A DNA stretch of 64,000 nt. Source: Octopus vulgaris. Its lineage: Eukaryota. Below the pieces are notes generated by a model that was not told the origin of the DNA, did no database searches, and saw only the letters and a program-made list of their open reading frames with translations. Positions 25,440 to 39,367 of the stretch are shown in pieces. The stretch covers positions 81,468,001-81,532,000 of the forward strand of contig OX597827.1 in the NCBI GenBank assembly GCA_951406725.2, read 5' to 3'. The first letter of the stretch is position 1, and each line of letters opens with the position of its first letter. Position numbers and translations under genes: made by a program.

Positions 25440-25630
25440 AATAACTCATGCTTTCCAAGTGCTTGGAGGAGGCAGTCAAGGGGGTTGGAAGATCCTGTGT
25501 CTGGTAACAGGACTCTGCACCATGCCAGACAAGCAGGAGAACCCTGTCACGGCTGTCAGACAACTTCTGCGACCACATCACCCATAACATCTGGCCACCT
25601 TACTCCCCAGACTGCAACCCCTATGATTGG
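25440..25630 (+). mobile_element. Tc1/mariner catalytic-domain fragment
   Basis: One frame reads QDSAPCQ...NIWPPYSPDCNPYD. Confidence 0.6.
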
Positions 25631-25873
25631 GGGGAGGGGGTGCAGAGATGTCAGTTTTATTTTCATTTTCGTGTAATTTAGATGATAGTTTATTCATTGC
25701 ACCCTGTATATGTGTGTGTGTGTGTATATATATATGTATATACACGTATGTATGTATATATATATATATATATGTATATTATATATATATGTATATGTGT
25801 ATGAATATATAAATATATATATGTATGTATATATATATATATGTATGTATGTATATATAAATATATATCTATC

Positions 25874-25907
<34 letters not shown>

Positions 25908-26604
25908 TGTATGTATGTATGTATGTATGTATGTATGTATGTATGTATGTATGTATGTATGTATGTATGTATGTATGTATATATATATATAAACATACAT
26001 ACATGTGTGTGTGTGTGTATGGTAAAACTGACACTGATTGTTATGTGTGTAATCTTTGAATAAAATTTGAGAAATGAAATAAGAAACTATTAAAGTTGAT
26101 ACTGAGGTAACAGAAAGCAGAAGAATTCATTTTGAATGGAGGTCGGGGGGGGGGATATAAAATCTAAAATGTTGGATAAGATCAGATGTATAGGGGAAGG
26201 TAATCAATAGAAAAAATCAATATGTTGCATTATGAAATAATGTTGATACTCAATCATTTCATGCAATGTCGCAATCTTTGAAGTTTCCAGTTTAATTAGA
26301 TATATTTTGATACTCTACTGTTAGTATAGAGTACTTTTCTTCTTGCTGAAATGTTTATTTTCAAATGTTTACACGTCTACATGTCTACTCTGTAAAGTGG
26401 CTGGTATTAGGAAGGGATCCAGCCACAGATCCCAAACTGATGCTAACTGTGGCACTTCCACAGTGCTCTAGCTCACCAGATCCTGTCAAACGAGCCAACT
26501 CATCCAAGTATGGAAAACAAATGTTAAATGATGATGGCAACAATGTTGGTTTGGGCAAACTGCTTTATGAAGATCACTGCCAGCTCTCACTATGCACCCA
26601 ACCT

Positions 26605-26648
26605 CACCAAAATATATATATATATTTTGGTGCCAGTCAGGCGACACT

Positions 26649-26686
<38 letters not shown>

Positions 26687-26704
26687 AGTGTCGCCTGACT
26701 GGCA
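26605..26704. repeat. Two abutting perfect palindromes, each centred on (TA)n
   Basis: caccaaaa(ta)6ttttggtg at 26605-26632, and tgccagtcaggcgacactggca(ta)n tgccagtgtcgcctgactggca at 26631-26704. Confidence 0.9.
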
Positions 26705-26955
26705 TCCGTGCCGGTGGCACATAAAAGGCACCATTTAAGTATGGCTGATACCAGTGCCGCCTGATTAGTCCTTGTGCCAGTGGCATGTAAAAAAGCGCCC
26801 ACTACACTCACGGAGTGGTTGGCATTAGGAAGGGAATCCAGCAGTAGAAACCTTGCCAGATCAGATTGGAGCCTGGTACAGCCTCCTGGCTTGCCAGTCC
26901 TCAGTGAAACTGTCCAACCCATGCCAATATGGAAAGTAGACATTAAACAACACTG

Positions 26956-26988
<33 letters not shown>

Positions 26989-27063
26989 TACAGAGTATGT
27001 AAGATATTTGAGGATAGATCTATGTTTATAAATGTTTATAAAAATATAGATATAAAATAACAA

Positions 27064-28430
27064 ATAACTTTATTTATCAAAAGATGCTATGAGGATAAAA
27101 ATAAACCTTCTTTTCTATAATGTTATTCAATAAAGCCATCTTCAGCTTCAACAACTGCTTCTAAATGAGATCTAAATCAACTACATATTCGATTCAAGTG
27201 GTCCTGGTTCATTTTTAACATTACTCTGACTATGGCAGCTTTCAAAGAATCTTTGGTGTTATGGGTGTGTGCATTGACCTCTCTCTCAACAATGCTCCAC
27301 ATGTAATAGTCTAACAGATTGCGATCTGGGGAATTAAGAGGCCAAATATAAAGGGTTATGTGATCGTGAACATTTTTAGTCATCCATTCTTGTGTTTACT
27401 AGAGCCATGTCTGATAGTGCAGAGTCTTACTGAAACACATATCGCCTTCCATTGTATACACTGTCAATCCAGGGCTTAACAATTGTTTCCAGGACCTCAC
27501 TGTAGGAGGCAGAGTTAACTCTAAGGCTTTGTGGAAAGAAGTAAGGAGACATTATATGTCCTTCATTGCTGACAACCCCTAAAACCATGACAGTTGCAGG
27601 AAATTCTGTATGCATAACACTTGGAACTTCAGAAGGATCTGCACATAAGTATCTGTCATTTCTTCTGCAAACTTTTTGATGCTGGTTGAAGTTTTTCACA
27701 TTTGAGAAAAACCAAATCAAATTTTGATCTGCTGGATTTTTCAGTTTATTTAAGAGCCTTTTAGATCTGATATAATGATTTTCTTTTGCTTTTTCTGACC
27801 AATTGACCTTTCCTCATCTTATAAGACTTATATCTGATGTCTTTGTGGACAACATTTCTGACTGTTCCTTGTGATACATGGAAATCTTTTGCAATTGACC
27901 TCATGGACTTTCTGGGATTGTAATCAAATGGTCTGTTAAACTTTCTGGATTAATTCAGGTGTTCTGATGATTTCAGAGCATTTAGAATGCTTTTTATGCT
28001 TTGATACTGGTGATATGTTTCCATCTTCAGTCTCTAGCTCCTTACAAACTTTGTAGATGAAAGATCTGGTAACTTTTAAAAATCGAGATATTTCTAAATT
28101 GCTATGCTCAGCCTTTATAACCACAATAACTAGATCCCTCTTCATTTCTCGAGTAAGCTGAGGGTCAGCCATTATTATTTTCTGAAACAAAGATTATACA
28201 TTTCGTTTTTGGAGTCAAAACTATTGAAAAGGTTGCAAGATGCAACGAAAATTTTAAGACAATAAAAATAAGAAAAACGTGGAAATTTTACCGGTGAGTG
28301 TGTTACATTATAAGGCACAAAAAGAAAATGACTCTCCCTAGACACAACAAAAGATTATACAGAGTTAGCAAAAAATGCAGTAATGCCCCCAAAAAGTTAC
28401 GTCTTTAAATAGCTTACACAACCTGTATAT
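27064..28430 (-). mobile_element. Near full-length decayed Tc1/mariner (maT/DD37D-like) transposon
   Basis: ORFs 27936-28190 (HTH-like), 27427-27720 (WFFSN..., VMVLGVVS, YVFQ) and 27177-27383 (WPLNSPDRNLLDYYMWS). Boundaries are approximate. Confidence 0.85.
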
Positions 28431-29398
28431 CTAATATATAAAATAGAGATGTGTGTGTATTTACTTTTCATGTGAAAATAGCTCCTCCAATTGCTTCCAT
28501 ACTTGTGATGTGTGAATAATTTAACCTCAGACTTATGTTAGGCTCTTCATTTGATTTTTTTATTAAAAATAAATAATATTGCTTTATATATATGATTCAC
28601 TTCTTAAAAAGGTTTCCCAATGTCAACTTCTGGTATTGATGTAGCAACGGCAACACTTTCCGTTTCCATTTGCAAAGCTTCACTGTCTATTTTGATATTT
28701 TAATTTTTAATTTTTAATTCACTAATACTTAGAAATGGATGCTTTGCGTCCAGTTAAATAATAGTAAAAAATAATATATATATATATATATATATATATC
28801 AAACTAGAATCATTGAACAAGCAAATAGAAGGTCAACCGCATGTCATTTCATAATTCGAACATTTAATTATAGAATAAACATATAACCCGCAAGATGGAA
28901 CAAAATTCATATGTACAGCACGTAATAATAATAACATGGTATGGTGCGAAAAATTCTTATCATTAAAACTTAGAATTAATATTCTAGCGATTCAAAGAGA
29001 ATACATTTATAAAAGGACGTAGAAAGTAAAATATAATATAAGTAATATATAGAAATATATAGGTATATAAAAATATATAAAACATATATAAATATATATA
29101 CATATAGGAGCATATGAAAAATATAATATATATATATATCGTGTAAATAAAGTAAAATAAGGTTCATCATTTAGAAATCTTAATCAGGTAAAATAAGCCT
29201 TATATATAAGAAGGAAATCATGTTTACTTATCCCTATGGCCATTTCAGGGGTGAATTATGTTTAAAGCACTAGGTGCGGTTGACCTTGTATTTGCTTGTT
29301 CAATGATTTTAGTTTGATATTTTTGTCTCTTCCAATAGAGCACTTCTATTGCAGTCCTATTAAACCTTTTTTTGTTCCTGACAAGAAACAATTATTGT

Positions 29399-29437
<39 letters not shown>

Positions 29438-29450
29438 TATGTGGGTACAG

Positions 29451-29670
29451 GACGTCATTAACGGTGCAAACAACATGAAATACGTAAACAACGAGAGAGA
29501 AAAATGTAAAACAGAACAAGCTAACCCAAAGAAAGAATCCTTCATCAGTTGTCGGTTGTCTTTCTATGAATGCTTGAAATGAGGAGTAGATAGGCAGCTG
29601 ACAACTGACGAAGGATCCTTTCTCTGCATTTACTTGTCCTATTTTCCATTCTTTCTCTTGTTGTTTATAT
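29451..29670. mobile_element. Fold-back relic of a probable Penelope terminal repeat; same family as 57053-57300
   Basis: Both start gggtacaggac(g/a)tca after a TA-rich run. Internal arms aagaatccttcatcagttgtcggttgtct / aggcagctgacaactgacgaaggatcctt. Confidence 0.55.
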
Positions 29671-29919
29671 AAGATATTACATATTTAATATTATGCGTAA
29701 CACGACTTTATATCACTCTCATTGCATCGTCCTAGCCATGCTAGCATGGAAAGCGGACGTTGAACGATGATGATGATATAACATATTACATATTACGCAG
29801 GACCTATTTACATGATGTATATTTAGTGTGTCATTGTTTATCTGACTATTTATTCCACTATCAACTGTACATTATTATATTTCAGGGGCCAGAGCTGTGA
29901 AGTGATCTGAAAACTAGGG

Positions 29920-32340
29920 ATGGAAACAAGGGAAACGCAATTGTTCTTTCTTCTTAGTATCTTCGCTCTGTTCTGGCAAAGCACTGTGTGTGAAGATATT
30001 GTATATTATTTGAAAGATGAAGACATTACAGGAACATTTATTGGAGATGTTGCAGCTGATTCCCTCGTCTTGGAGAATATGGAATCACATGAGCAGACGT
30101 CCATTATATTTAATCAAATACAGCACCGAAGAACAGATAGTTCCAAGGTGTTCAATGTCACTAAAGATGGTAAATTGTACACGGCACACACAATCGATGC
30201 CGAGTCTCTGTGCAAACCGAGGAAACAATGTTTCAAATACATTAAAATAGCTGTAAACAAGGCCAAGTCTTTTATGAAGATTCTGAAAGTCAAAGTAATT
30301 ATAGAAGACATTAACGATCACAGCCCTGAGTTTCCTCAGAAACAAATAAATGTTACATATGATGAAGATGATGGAGAAGGAGCCGAAAGATTAATTCCAG
30401 ATGCCATTGACAGAGATGTTGGAATGGAAAACTCAGAAATTACATATAAATTGAAGAAACAATTTAACGACCCATTTATATTGTCTGTGAGAAAAACCAT
30501 CACAGGAAGAGCAAAGATAGGAATTGTTCTTGGAGACAAACTAGACAGAGAGATACAAGATAGTTACAATCTAGAAGTGATAGCTAAAGATGGAGGGCAA
30601 CCTTCAAAACAAGGAATTCTACATGTTCATATTAAAATAAATGATGTAAACGATAACTCACCAGTTTTTTCAAAACATATTTACAATATTTCCATCAAAA
30701 ATACACATCCTAACAACAACCCCATTTTGACATTGTCTGCAAAAGACCCAGATTCTGGCAATAATGGTAAAGTGTCTTATTATTTCAGTTCAGAAACACC
30801 AGACAAAGCTAAAAAATGTTATACATTGAAAAGAGAGTCTGGCAAATTGTTTATCACAGAAAATTTCTCAAAAGAGAGAGATCGCATTTATGAATTATAT
30901 GTCGAGGCCAAAGATGGAGGGAATCCATCCTTAAATTCCTTTGCCATTGTACGGGTGAATGTTCTCAATGAAAAGAACCATGCTCCTGAAATTGATATAA
31001 ATTTTGTGTCTGAATTGAAGAAGGGCACTGCAGCTATTTACGAAGGGACAAAAGTGGGCAGTTATCTAGCTTATGTGAATGTGGTGGACAACGATGTTGG
31101 AGCAAATGGAGAAGTGAGTTGTAAATTAGAACATGATAAAGTTGTCCTCTCACATTTAGGATCAAAGGAATACAAGATTACTCTGAAGAAACCACTTGAC
31201 AGAGAAAAATTAGACCATTTTAACATGAGAATTGTGTGTGAAGACAATGGAAGCCCTGCTTTAAAGACGGAGAGAAAGATCTCAATCCAAGTAATGGATG
31301 TGAACGATGTGCAACCGCAATTTACCAAAGATACATTCCACTTCCTCACCTATGAGAATGGTAAAGCAAACTTTCCTATAGGTTTTATCAATGCCACTGA
31401 CCCAGACCTGGCAAGTGCTGGTCAACTGACGTTCTCACTGTTGAGTAAAGACAGAAATAACATACCGTTCCAGGTGAGTGATTATGGTTTTATTACCAGC
31501 AACATACCATTGGACAGAGAAGAAGAAGACATGTATAAGTTTGAGGTTTTTGTCAAAGACAATGGTAAACCGTCGTTGAATAACACAGCGAATGTTGTTG
31601 TTGAGGTTTTAGACAGAAACGACAATAATCCGTATTTCATCTACCCTACAACTGACCCTTTCCATATCAATGTCCACTACCACCCGCAAAGTACCAATGC
31701 CATCACTGTGATCAGAGCGTCTGACAGAGACAGTCATTTAAATGCGTTCCTCAAATATGGAATACTTGACGGTAACAATAAACGCTTGTTTACACTCAAC
31801 TCTTTAACTGGTCAAATGTCTTTCTCGCGTGCACCTCATCTCAACGATGCTGGCTCATACGAACTGGTGCTTGTGGTCAAGGATTCTGGAAGCCCAGTGA
31901 TGTCAGCCACAACTACTGTGTCTTTGTCATTAAGGGTCACTAACAAGACATCAGCACCGATGCCGACTGTCCACTTAGAGAAGAACAGAACACTGGACGT
32001 ACCATTATTGATTATCCTTGTAGTAGCAGCTGTAATAGTATCTGTGGTGATTGTAGTGTCGATCACACTGTGTATTATGAAATGTAGCAGTGGTCAGTCT
32101 CGCTCTGCCAAGAACACTAGGAAAGGTGTTAATAGGTCAGCTATATGTAACAGAATTGATCAACCTTTACCGTGTCAGAGCAGCAGTATTCCTGGTACCC
32201 CAGTGAGGTACTCTTCAGAGATGAATAATAGAAACATGCCATTTGTGGAATGTAAGGAAGATTTCTACCCGCAGTATGAATCTCAGATTGATTGGTCAAA
32301 CGTGGGTACCCTGGAGAAGAGTCCACCCACCACAATATTG
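29920..32340 (+). CDS. Protocadherin copy B, intact large exon (807 codons: signal peptide, 6 cadherin repeats, TM, cytoplasmic part)
   Basis: ORF 29920-32370 carries all cadherin motifs. Acceptor tttcag ends at 29885; donor TTG|GTAAGT at 32340/32341, so the last ORF residues (VSCIIYYIV) are probably intronic. Confidence 0.95.
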
Positions 32341-34589
32341 GTAAGTTGCATTATATATTATATAGTATAATTTAATGTATATTTATGTAAACCTGTGTAT
32401 ATGTCTGTATGTGAGTGTGTACATGTGTGTGTGTGTGTATGTGTGTGTATAAATGATAAAAAGTCAGGAGATATGTGAGATGAATATATTTAACCACTTG
32501 ACATCGTTATTGTTACAGTTATTTTTATATAGTGCACCTTAAATTATATTTTATGAATATTAATATTTCCAGAATTGGGTCAACAGGTTTTCACTGTATC
32601 CTGTGTTTTCCTTTATTTGTATTTTTAAGTAGTCATTTGTGAAGGCTTTAGGGGTCTCTGTTCCTGGAATCTGTTTCAGCTTGAGGTGATGTGTCTAGAT
32701 TGCACATCGGTTACAATTTCAGCAGGTTAAGATAGTGTTATTGCCTGCCAAAGGATAAGCTTTGTTGCAGATGGTGGCAAGTGCAACAGGAAATGCATGA
32801 ATAACACAACTGAGTTTTGTGGTTTAGCAAAGTAGATGGGATGTCAGTGGAAAGAAATCAGAGTTATATGTTGTACTGGTATCATGTTTATGTGATGAGG
32901 AATATGTATAAGCTGTGATCATCTAATCAGGTAGGACCCTTCTCGTCTATGACATCATTGCCAGGAGCCCATAAGGGAGTTCCATAGCAGTCACTGTTAA
33001 ATCACTGATTCCACCAAGGTAGAGGCTCTGGTGAAGGACATAGAAACCAAGTTCCAGTAGATAGGCCATTAGACCTGGCCCTCCGGAAACTGTACTGTGG
33101 GAGCATTAGTGAGTGAGATAGGAAATAGGTCCCAGTAGATCTGGCTATACAAGATGTAACCTGAGGTTTTAGTAAAAAGGGAGAGGATTCTAAGTTTTTG
33201 ATGAAGACCAAACACCTGTTTTAACAAGCTGGGCATTGTTTTGGAGTCTTTTTTTGTCAAAAACCAACTGAATATCCTTAGATATACTCAACCACCATGC
33301 ATTCTTCATTACCCTCAGTTTCTCTCTGCAAAGCAGATTTCTGGTATTTTATTAAATTCTCCGTCTTCAAATGTTCATTTTTAGATGAATTAAGATTGAA
33401 CAGTCTATGGTGTGATTTATCATTGATATCTCAGAGGTCAGATATTTCTGAGTTATTTTCATTGAGCCAATCTTTGTGTTTGTGTGTCCTGAATCCTAAG
33501 AAATTGGCAACAGTGGCATAAATATTTAATATGAAGCATGACCATGAACACTCATTAGGCGATGAATGCTTTAGAACTTTAAGAAAAGATGCAGATATTG
33601 CTGGCTCTCAGTGTTTGCCAACATTCTGGAAGCTTCTTACTATTTCTAAAGACTTTCCTAACAACTTCAGTTTTGTTCCTATTTGATAGGGATTCATTTG
33701 ACATGCAGCCCTACACATTAATTTAACATTCTATAGAGATCACCAATGCCATGTTTACATGTTGTGACTAAATCAATGAGATGACTCATTCAGACTGAAA
33801 ATGTGTCCAAATAATTTTATGCCGGAGATTCTTGTGGATGCATATTGCCAAGTCCAGCAAGCTCCATGTCAAACCATTCAACCCATGCTAGCACGGAAAC
33901 CAGACATTAAACAATGTTGGTGATGAGGATGATGATGATGATGATGAGGGCCTGTATGGAACATAACTGTTGCTGTTGGTGAAGATCACTGCTATTGAGT
34001 TTGCCTACACCAAAGAGTCCAAAGCTGAACCACAAAATACAGTCATATTTTATAATTAAAATCACCAGTTATGTTGCTTCAGTGTTGAAACAATGGCATT
34101 TCTAAGGTTGTCATAAAAAAGAAATAAGTGCTTAGTCACTACAGCCACAGCTAGTTTCTTCAGCAATTACTTTGCAGAGGCCCTTTCAGATGTGGCACAT
34201 GTTATGATGGAGATTTATGAGAAACTGTTAGCTTTGTAATCTGTCTTGTCCTGTGTTTGTTATATAAAACTATATTTTGTTCGTATATTCGTTATTCTGC
34301 TCATGCAGTGCCATGGCAAAGCAATGTATAGTTTTCACACTGTCCCTCTATACTTCAGACTAATTGATTTGATCTTGTTTTGAAAGTGACACGAGTACAT
34401 AAGACTGACAAGCCACAAGTGGTGAAGCACGAACCTGTCGCTCTTTCATTTGCCTCTGGAGCAATTTCCTTTTTCCAAGCTCTAAGATATATTGTGTCTT
34501 TCAATACAATACATATAGAGAGTTTTCCATGACAAAATCTGCAGCTTCTAGCATTTCAACGGTACGCATACATTAAGTATTATTATATA

Positions 34590-34866
34590 CTAGAAGTATG
34601 CTGATGTGAATATCTCATTAAAAATCAAATAGGAAGAGGATAATTAAGGACAACTGCTTTGAAACCTCCAACTTCTGAATCCAGGTTATAAATTCACATT
34701 CAGACCAATAAGAATTGGTGCACTGGGTTTTGTGGGTAAATGCCTAAGTGACGATTTGGATAAGCTAGGGTTTTCAGAAAAAGCAATCAACCAACTGATT
34801 TGCAGGCTACAAATAGAGTCTGTAAGTGGAACAGTAAAAATATGCAAGACTTTTCTCAAGTTTTAG
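34590..34866 (+). mobile_element. C-terminal restriction-like endonuclease relic of an R4/NeSL-type non-LTR element
   Basis: Translates with stops as ADVNISLKIK...YKFTFRPIRIGALGFVGKCLSDDLDKLGF...LQIESVSGTVKICKTFLKF*. Confidence 0.6.
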
Positions 34867-35858
34867 AAGTGAGACTTACACACACACAACGTCATAAGTT
34901 CAAATCTTACTCTTCTCATAGTGTTGCGTTTTTGTCTCTGAACAAGGCACATAACCCTGCTTGATACTCTCTGCCAAGCAGAAGACAAAGGAACAGGTTC
35001 ATATCCAATAACTGAGAGGTCAGTGGTGGTCAGTTGTAGTTAGTTTTCTAGTTAGAGAGTCAGTCATCCAAGTCAATAAACTATTTCATACTAAAATGAA
35101 TGTAAAACAGAACCTTGCCTGAGATCAAATCATTTGACAAAACAACAAATAAAGCAACAATTAACAAGCAATGATTGGTTCTTAATTATAATCCGTCATT
35201 CAGTTGGAAACCATTTTATTATTTTATGCTTCACCTATCATCCTTTTAGGGTTGATAAAAGAAGTACCAGTCAGGTGCTGGGGTGGGTGTAATGGACTAA
35301 CCCCCACCCCACCCATAGCCTTAAAGTAAAATTTGACAGAATTATTTTATATGTAACGAATTTGATTTTGAATCATACTTATAGAGATGAAGTGATGGCT
35401 GTGTGTTTAAGAGGTTTGCTCTGCAATCATGTGGTTCTAAGTTCAATCCCACAGAGTGGCAATGTGTTTTTTTTTACAACAGTGCTCCAGTATGGCCAGA
35501 ATCTAATGACTGAGACAAGTAAAAGGCTAAAATAATCCAAGAATTCATAGTAGAAGGACTTTTAAAATAGTTTCTGAAACATTTTAATAGGAACTATTGA
35601 TGCTTCTTATCCTCAAGATGGGGTCGGGGAAGAATACTCAACCACATGGAACTGAAGGAGCTGTGAGGGAAGGGTCCACATATTTTGGTATCATTGCATT
35701 TAAAAAAAATGTCAAACCATTCTTTCTTTTGTTTTTAAAACCATTTTATCCATGTGTATGAAGCCATTCTATCTTTCTATATAAAACTCAATCTTTTTGC
35801 ATTTAACCATTTCGTCTTTCAGTTTGAAAACAATTCCATTTTTCTCTTTCTCTTTCAG

Positions 35859-35882
35859 TTACCAACTCGAATCAAAAGATAA
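35859..35882 (+). CDS. Predicted terminal coding micro-exon of protocadherin B (LPTRIKR*)
   Basis: tttttctctttctctttcag followed by TTA CCA ACT CGA ATC AAA AGA TAA. Phase 0 matches the donor at 32340; paralogue of 20178-20201. Confidence 0.78.
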   Translation, partial: LPTRIKR

Positions 35883-38595
35883 TAGGTAAACCACAGCACC
35901 AAATGACCAAATTCATTCTCCATTACTTAATTCTCTTATTTTGTCAACACTTCTTCCATCATTCCTGCAACACTTTTCACCAAATTGCCTAATTAACTTG
36001 TTTTAATCATTTATTTTTTATTTATATTCTTTTTTTTTCAATTTTTTACCTTAATGATTCATTTTTCTTCCAATTATTTTTTCTGTTTATTTTTTAAATA
36101 TTTTTTACACAAAAAATTATACAAGAGGAATTTCCTTGGATGCTCTCAGGTTATTTGGCTTAGAAAAACCATTCCAGAATCTCCACAGAAATTGAAAAAT
36201 TTGCATAAATGGGATAAAGAGAGATTGCTTCCTGTATTGGTGTGTGTGTGAGTGTGTGTGTCTGTGTGTGTGTGTGTGTGTATTTGTGCATGCATGTGTG
36301 TGTTAATGTATATGAATATATATGTATAATATATATCATATATTTGTATAAATGCAGATAAATATATATGTTCATAAACTCATATATAAAATTATAAAGC
36401 AGGCATTAACTGATCATTTATACACACATGTATGAACATGTGTGTATATGGATACCCATTAAACATATATAACAGGCATATATACACTGCAAAATAGTAT
36501 ACCACACACACAGACCTACATAGTTGAATATAAACACACTGAAGTGTTATAGATTACACAACAGATCATATTATATACAGCCTTCTATTTTATACCCTTC
36601 ACATGGTTATTGCATAGGAGGATGAGAAGGCCTTCATACTTCTGTTAGTTGATCAGTAAGGATAACATGGATTCTAGCCAGAATTGTCAATGCTTTACAT
36701 ATTCTCTTCAGTCCATCTCAGAGTATGGGGACCAATAGAATAGAGGGAGTAATAGAGAACAGGGAGTAGGCTGCAGTTTGTGTCTGGAGTTGTGTGTCCG
36801 ATTCTCTCTGCTATAATGTATTGACAGGAGTATCTGTAATGCACGATATATGGATGTGGAGATGAGTATATGTATGCATGTGTGCATGCACAGATGGATC
36901 GATGGGTGGAGGATATATGAATGTATATATGTGTGTATATGCATGCATGGGTGAATGTATAGGTTGGTGTGTGTGTCTCAAGGTATGTATTTATGGATGT
37001 ATATGCACATGTATGTGTGTGTGTGTATATGTATTTGTATGTGTATGTATGTCCTTTAGTATATATGTATGTGTATGCATGGTTATGTTTGAATGCAGTA
37101 GGTATGTATGTATGAATGTATATGAGCTTATGTCTATACATGTGTATATATGTATGTGTGTCTATGTAAGCATGTATGTGTGTTTAAGTATGCATGCATG
37201 TATGTATGTATGTGTTTATACATAAACAAATGACTGACTGAATGTGTAAAAGTTAATGTGCTTAAGAAGCCAGAAAAATCCTTTCTACACACATACGCAC
37301 CTATTTATATAGACATGCATACATACATACATGCGTACACACACACACACACATACATGCATACAAACATACATACCTACTTACATGCATTCAAATATCA
37401 CCATGCATACATACACATACATCCATACATGTATACATCCACAGGTACATATGTAGACATATGCATGTATACATTCACACATACACATACGTGTGTGTGT
37501 GTGTATAAGATTCCTTCAAAGCTGAGTGTGTCTGTGAGTTCCTCCACAGACTCCATTTTTCTTCTGCTTCATCACTCACACTCGTCTTTGAATAAATCTT
37601 ATTCCACTCCAGTTCATCATTTTAACGACTGCTTGCCACATCATTGCACGCACACACACACCTATACACCCAGTTCATTATCTAGCTATGTATGCATGTG
37701 CATACGTACATACATATGTATGTACATACATATACACAAATATATATGTATGTACATACATATACACAAATATATATGCATATATATATATATGTGTATG
37801 TGTGTGTGTGTGTGTATACATATAAAAACAAACAAAATTGAATACACATACACAAGGTGTGTTGTGATACATACACACACACACACATATATATATACAC
37901 ATATATATATACACATATACATATATATACACATATACATATATATACACATATATATATATATACATACGTACATGAACTTGATAGGGAAACAAAATAA
38001 TAGGGAGGATAGATATAGTGATATAATGAGAGAGAGAGAGAGAGAAAGAGAGACAGAGAGAGAGGGGCAAGAGGGAGATGAGAGAGAAAGAGTTTGTGAT
38101 AAATCTATGATGAAACAAGTGCAACATCATCAACAAATAAGCTGCAACAGTTTATCAAAGAATTAATACATATGGATGCGTGTGTGTGTGTAAATAATTA
38201 TTTACATATATTTATGTATATATATACACACACACATATATATATTTGCATGTATGTATATATCTGTATGTGCAGAGATCAATGTATTATCTGTTTTTAT
38301 TGAACTGTTTTCTATTGATTGATTGATTCCAATATCTAAGATTTTTTTGTACAGATCAGTGATAACAATCGGATTGATCTGTTCGAATTTTATTGCCCAC
38401 GTTGCTTCATTAATCGATCAAAATAATTGGTTACGTTTACGATTTGTCTTTTTTCCTTTTAAAAAAAGAAAATATCTATAATGAATAAAGAAACAAATAC
38501 TTACATAAAAAAAACAATTAGGAAAAAACACCACCACCAACAACAACAATAATATCAACAACAAAATTAAATGCTTACATCGACAAGAATTGTAT

Positions 38596-38653
<58 letters not shown>

Positions 38654-39314
38654 GAATTTATGTATATCTATGTACATATATATATATATTAATAACAAAA
38701 TTATGAAATATCTGCCGAAATTGATCTTTATATCTGGCGTAATAAATGTTTGCGTGTTGTCTGCTTTCAATACCCTTCCCCACACACTGGAAACTATTTT
38801 ATCAACTATCTCTACAAGCTAGAGACATACTTACCTTTCCTTCGGATATTTTGTAAAATTTCCGTGTATATGGATTTTAAAAAGAAAATGGGAAAAAAAA
38901 ATATTAAAATTGGTCTTAATACAGAAAAATAATTGATAATTATTAAAAAGGTTGCCTTTCATATCATATAATATAAAATATATACATACATACACACATA
39001 TATGCATTTGCATATATATGTATGTATATGTATATGTGAATGGATGTATGCATGTATGTTTATGTATGTATATATATATGTGTGTATATATATTTCCTAT
39101 ATGAATGTGTGTTTATACTTATTGACTTTCTCCTGAACTTTCAAAAATCAAAATTAATTCAATGAAATTTAATAAACACTCTGTCACAAAAAATTTAAAA
39201 TTATACATACTGGATGTTAAAAAAAAATATCTATGCGCAATATTATTATGGTAAGTAAAAACTCTCTCAAGATGTACATGTGTGTATATATATATATATA
39301 CATACACACGTATA

Positions 39315-39367
<53 letters not shown>

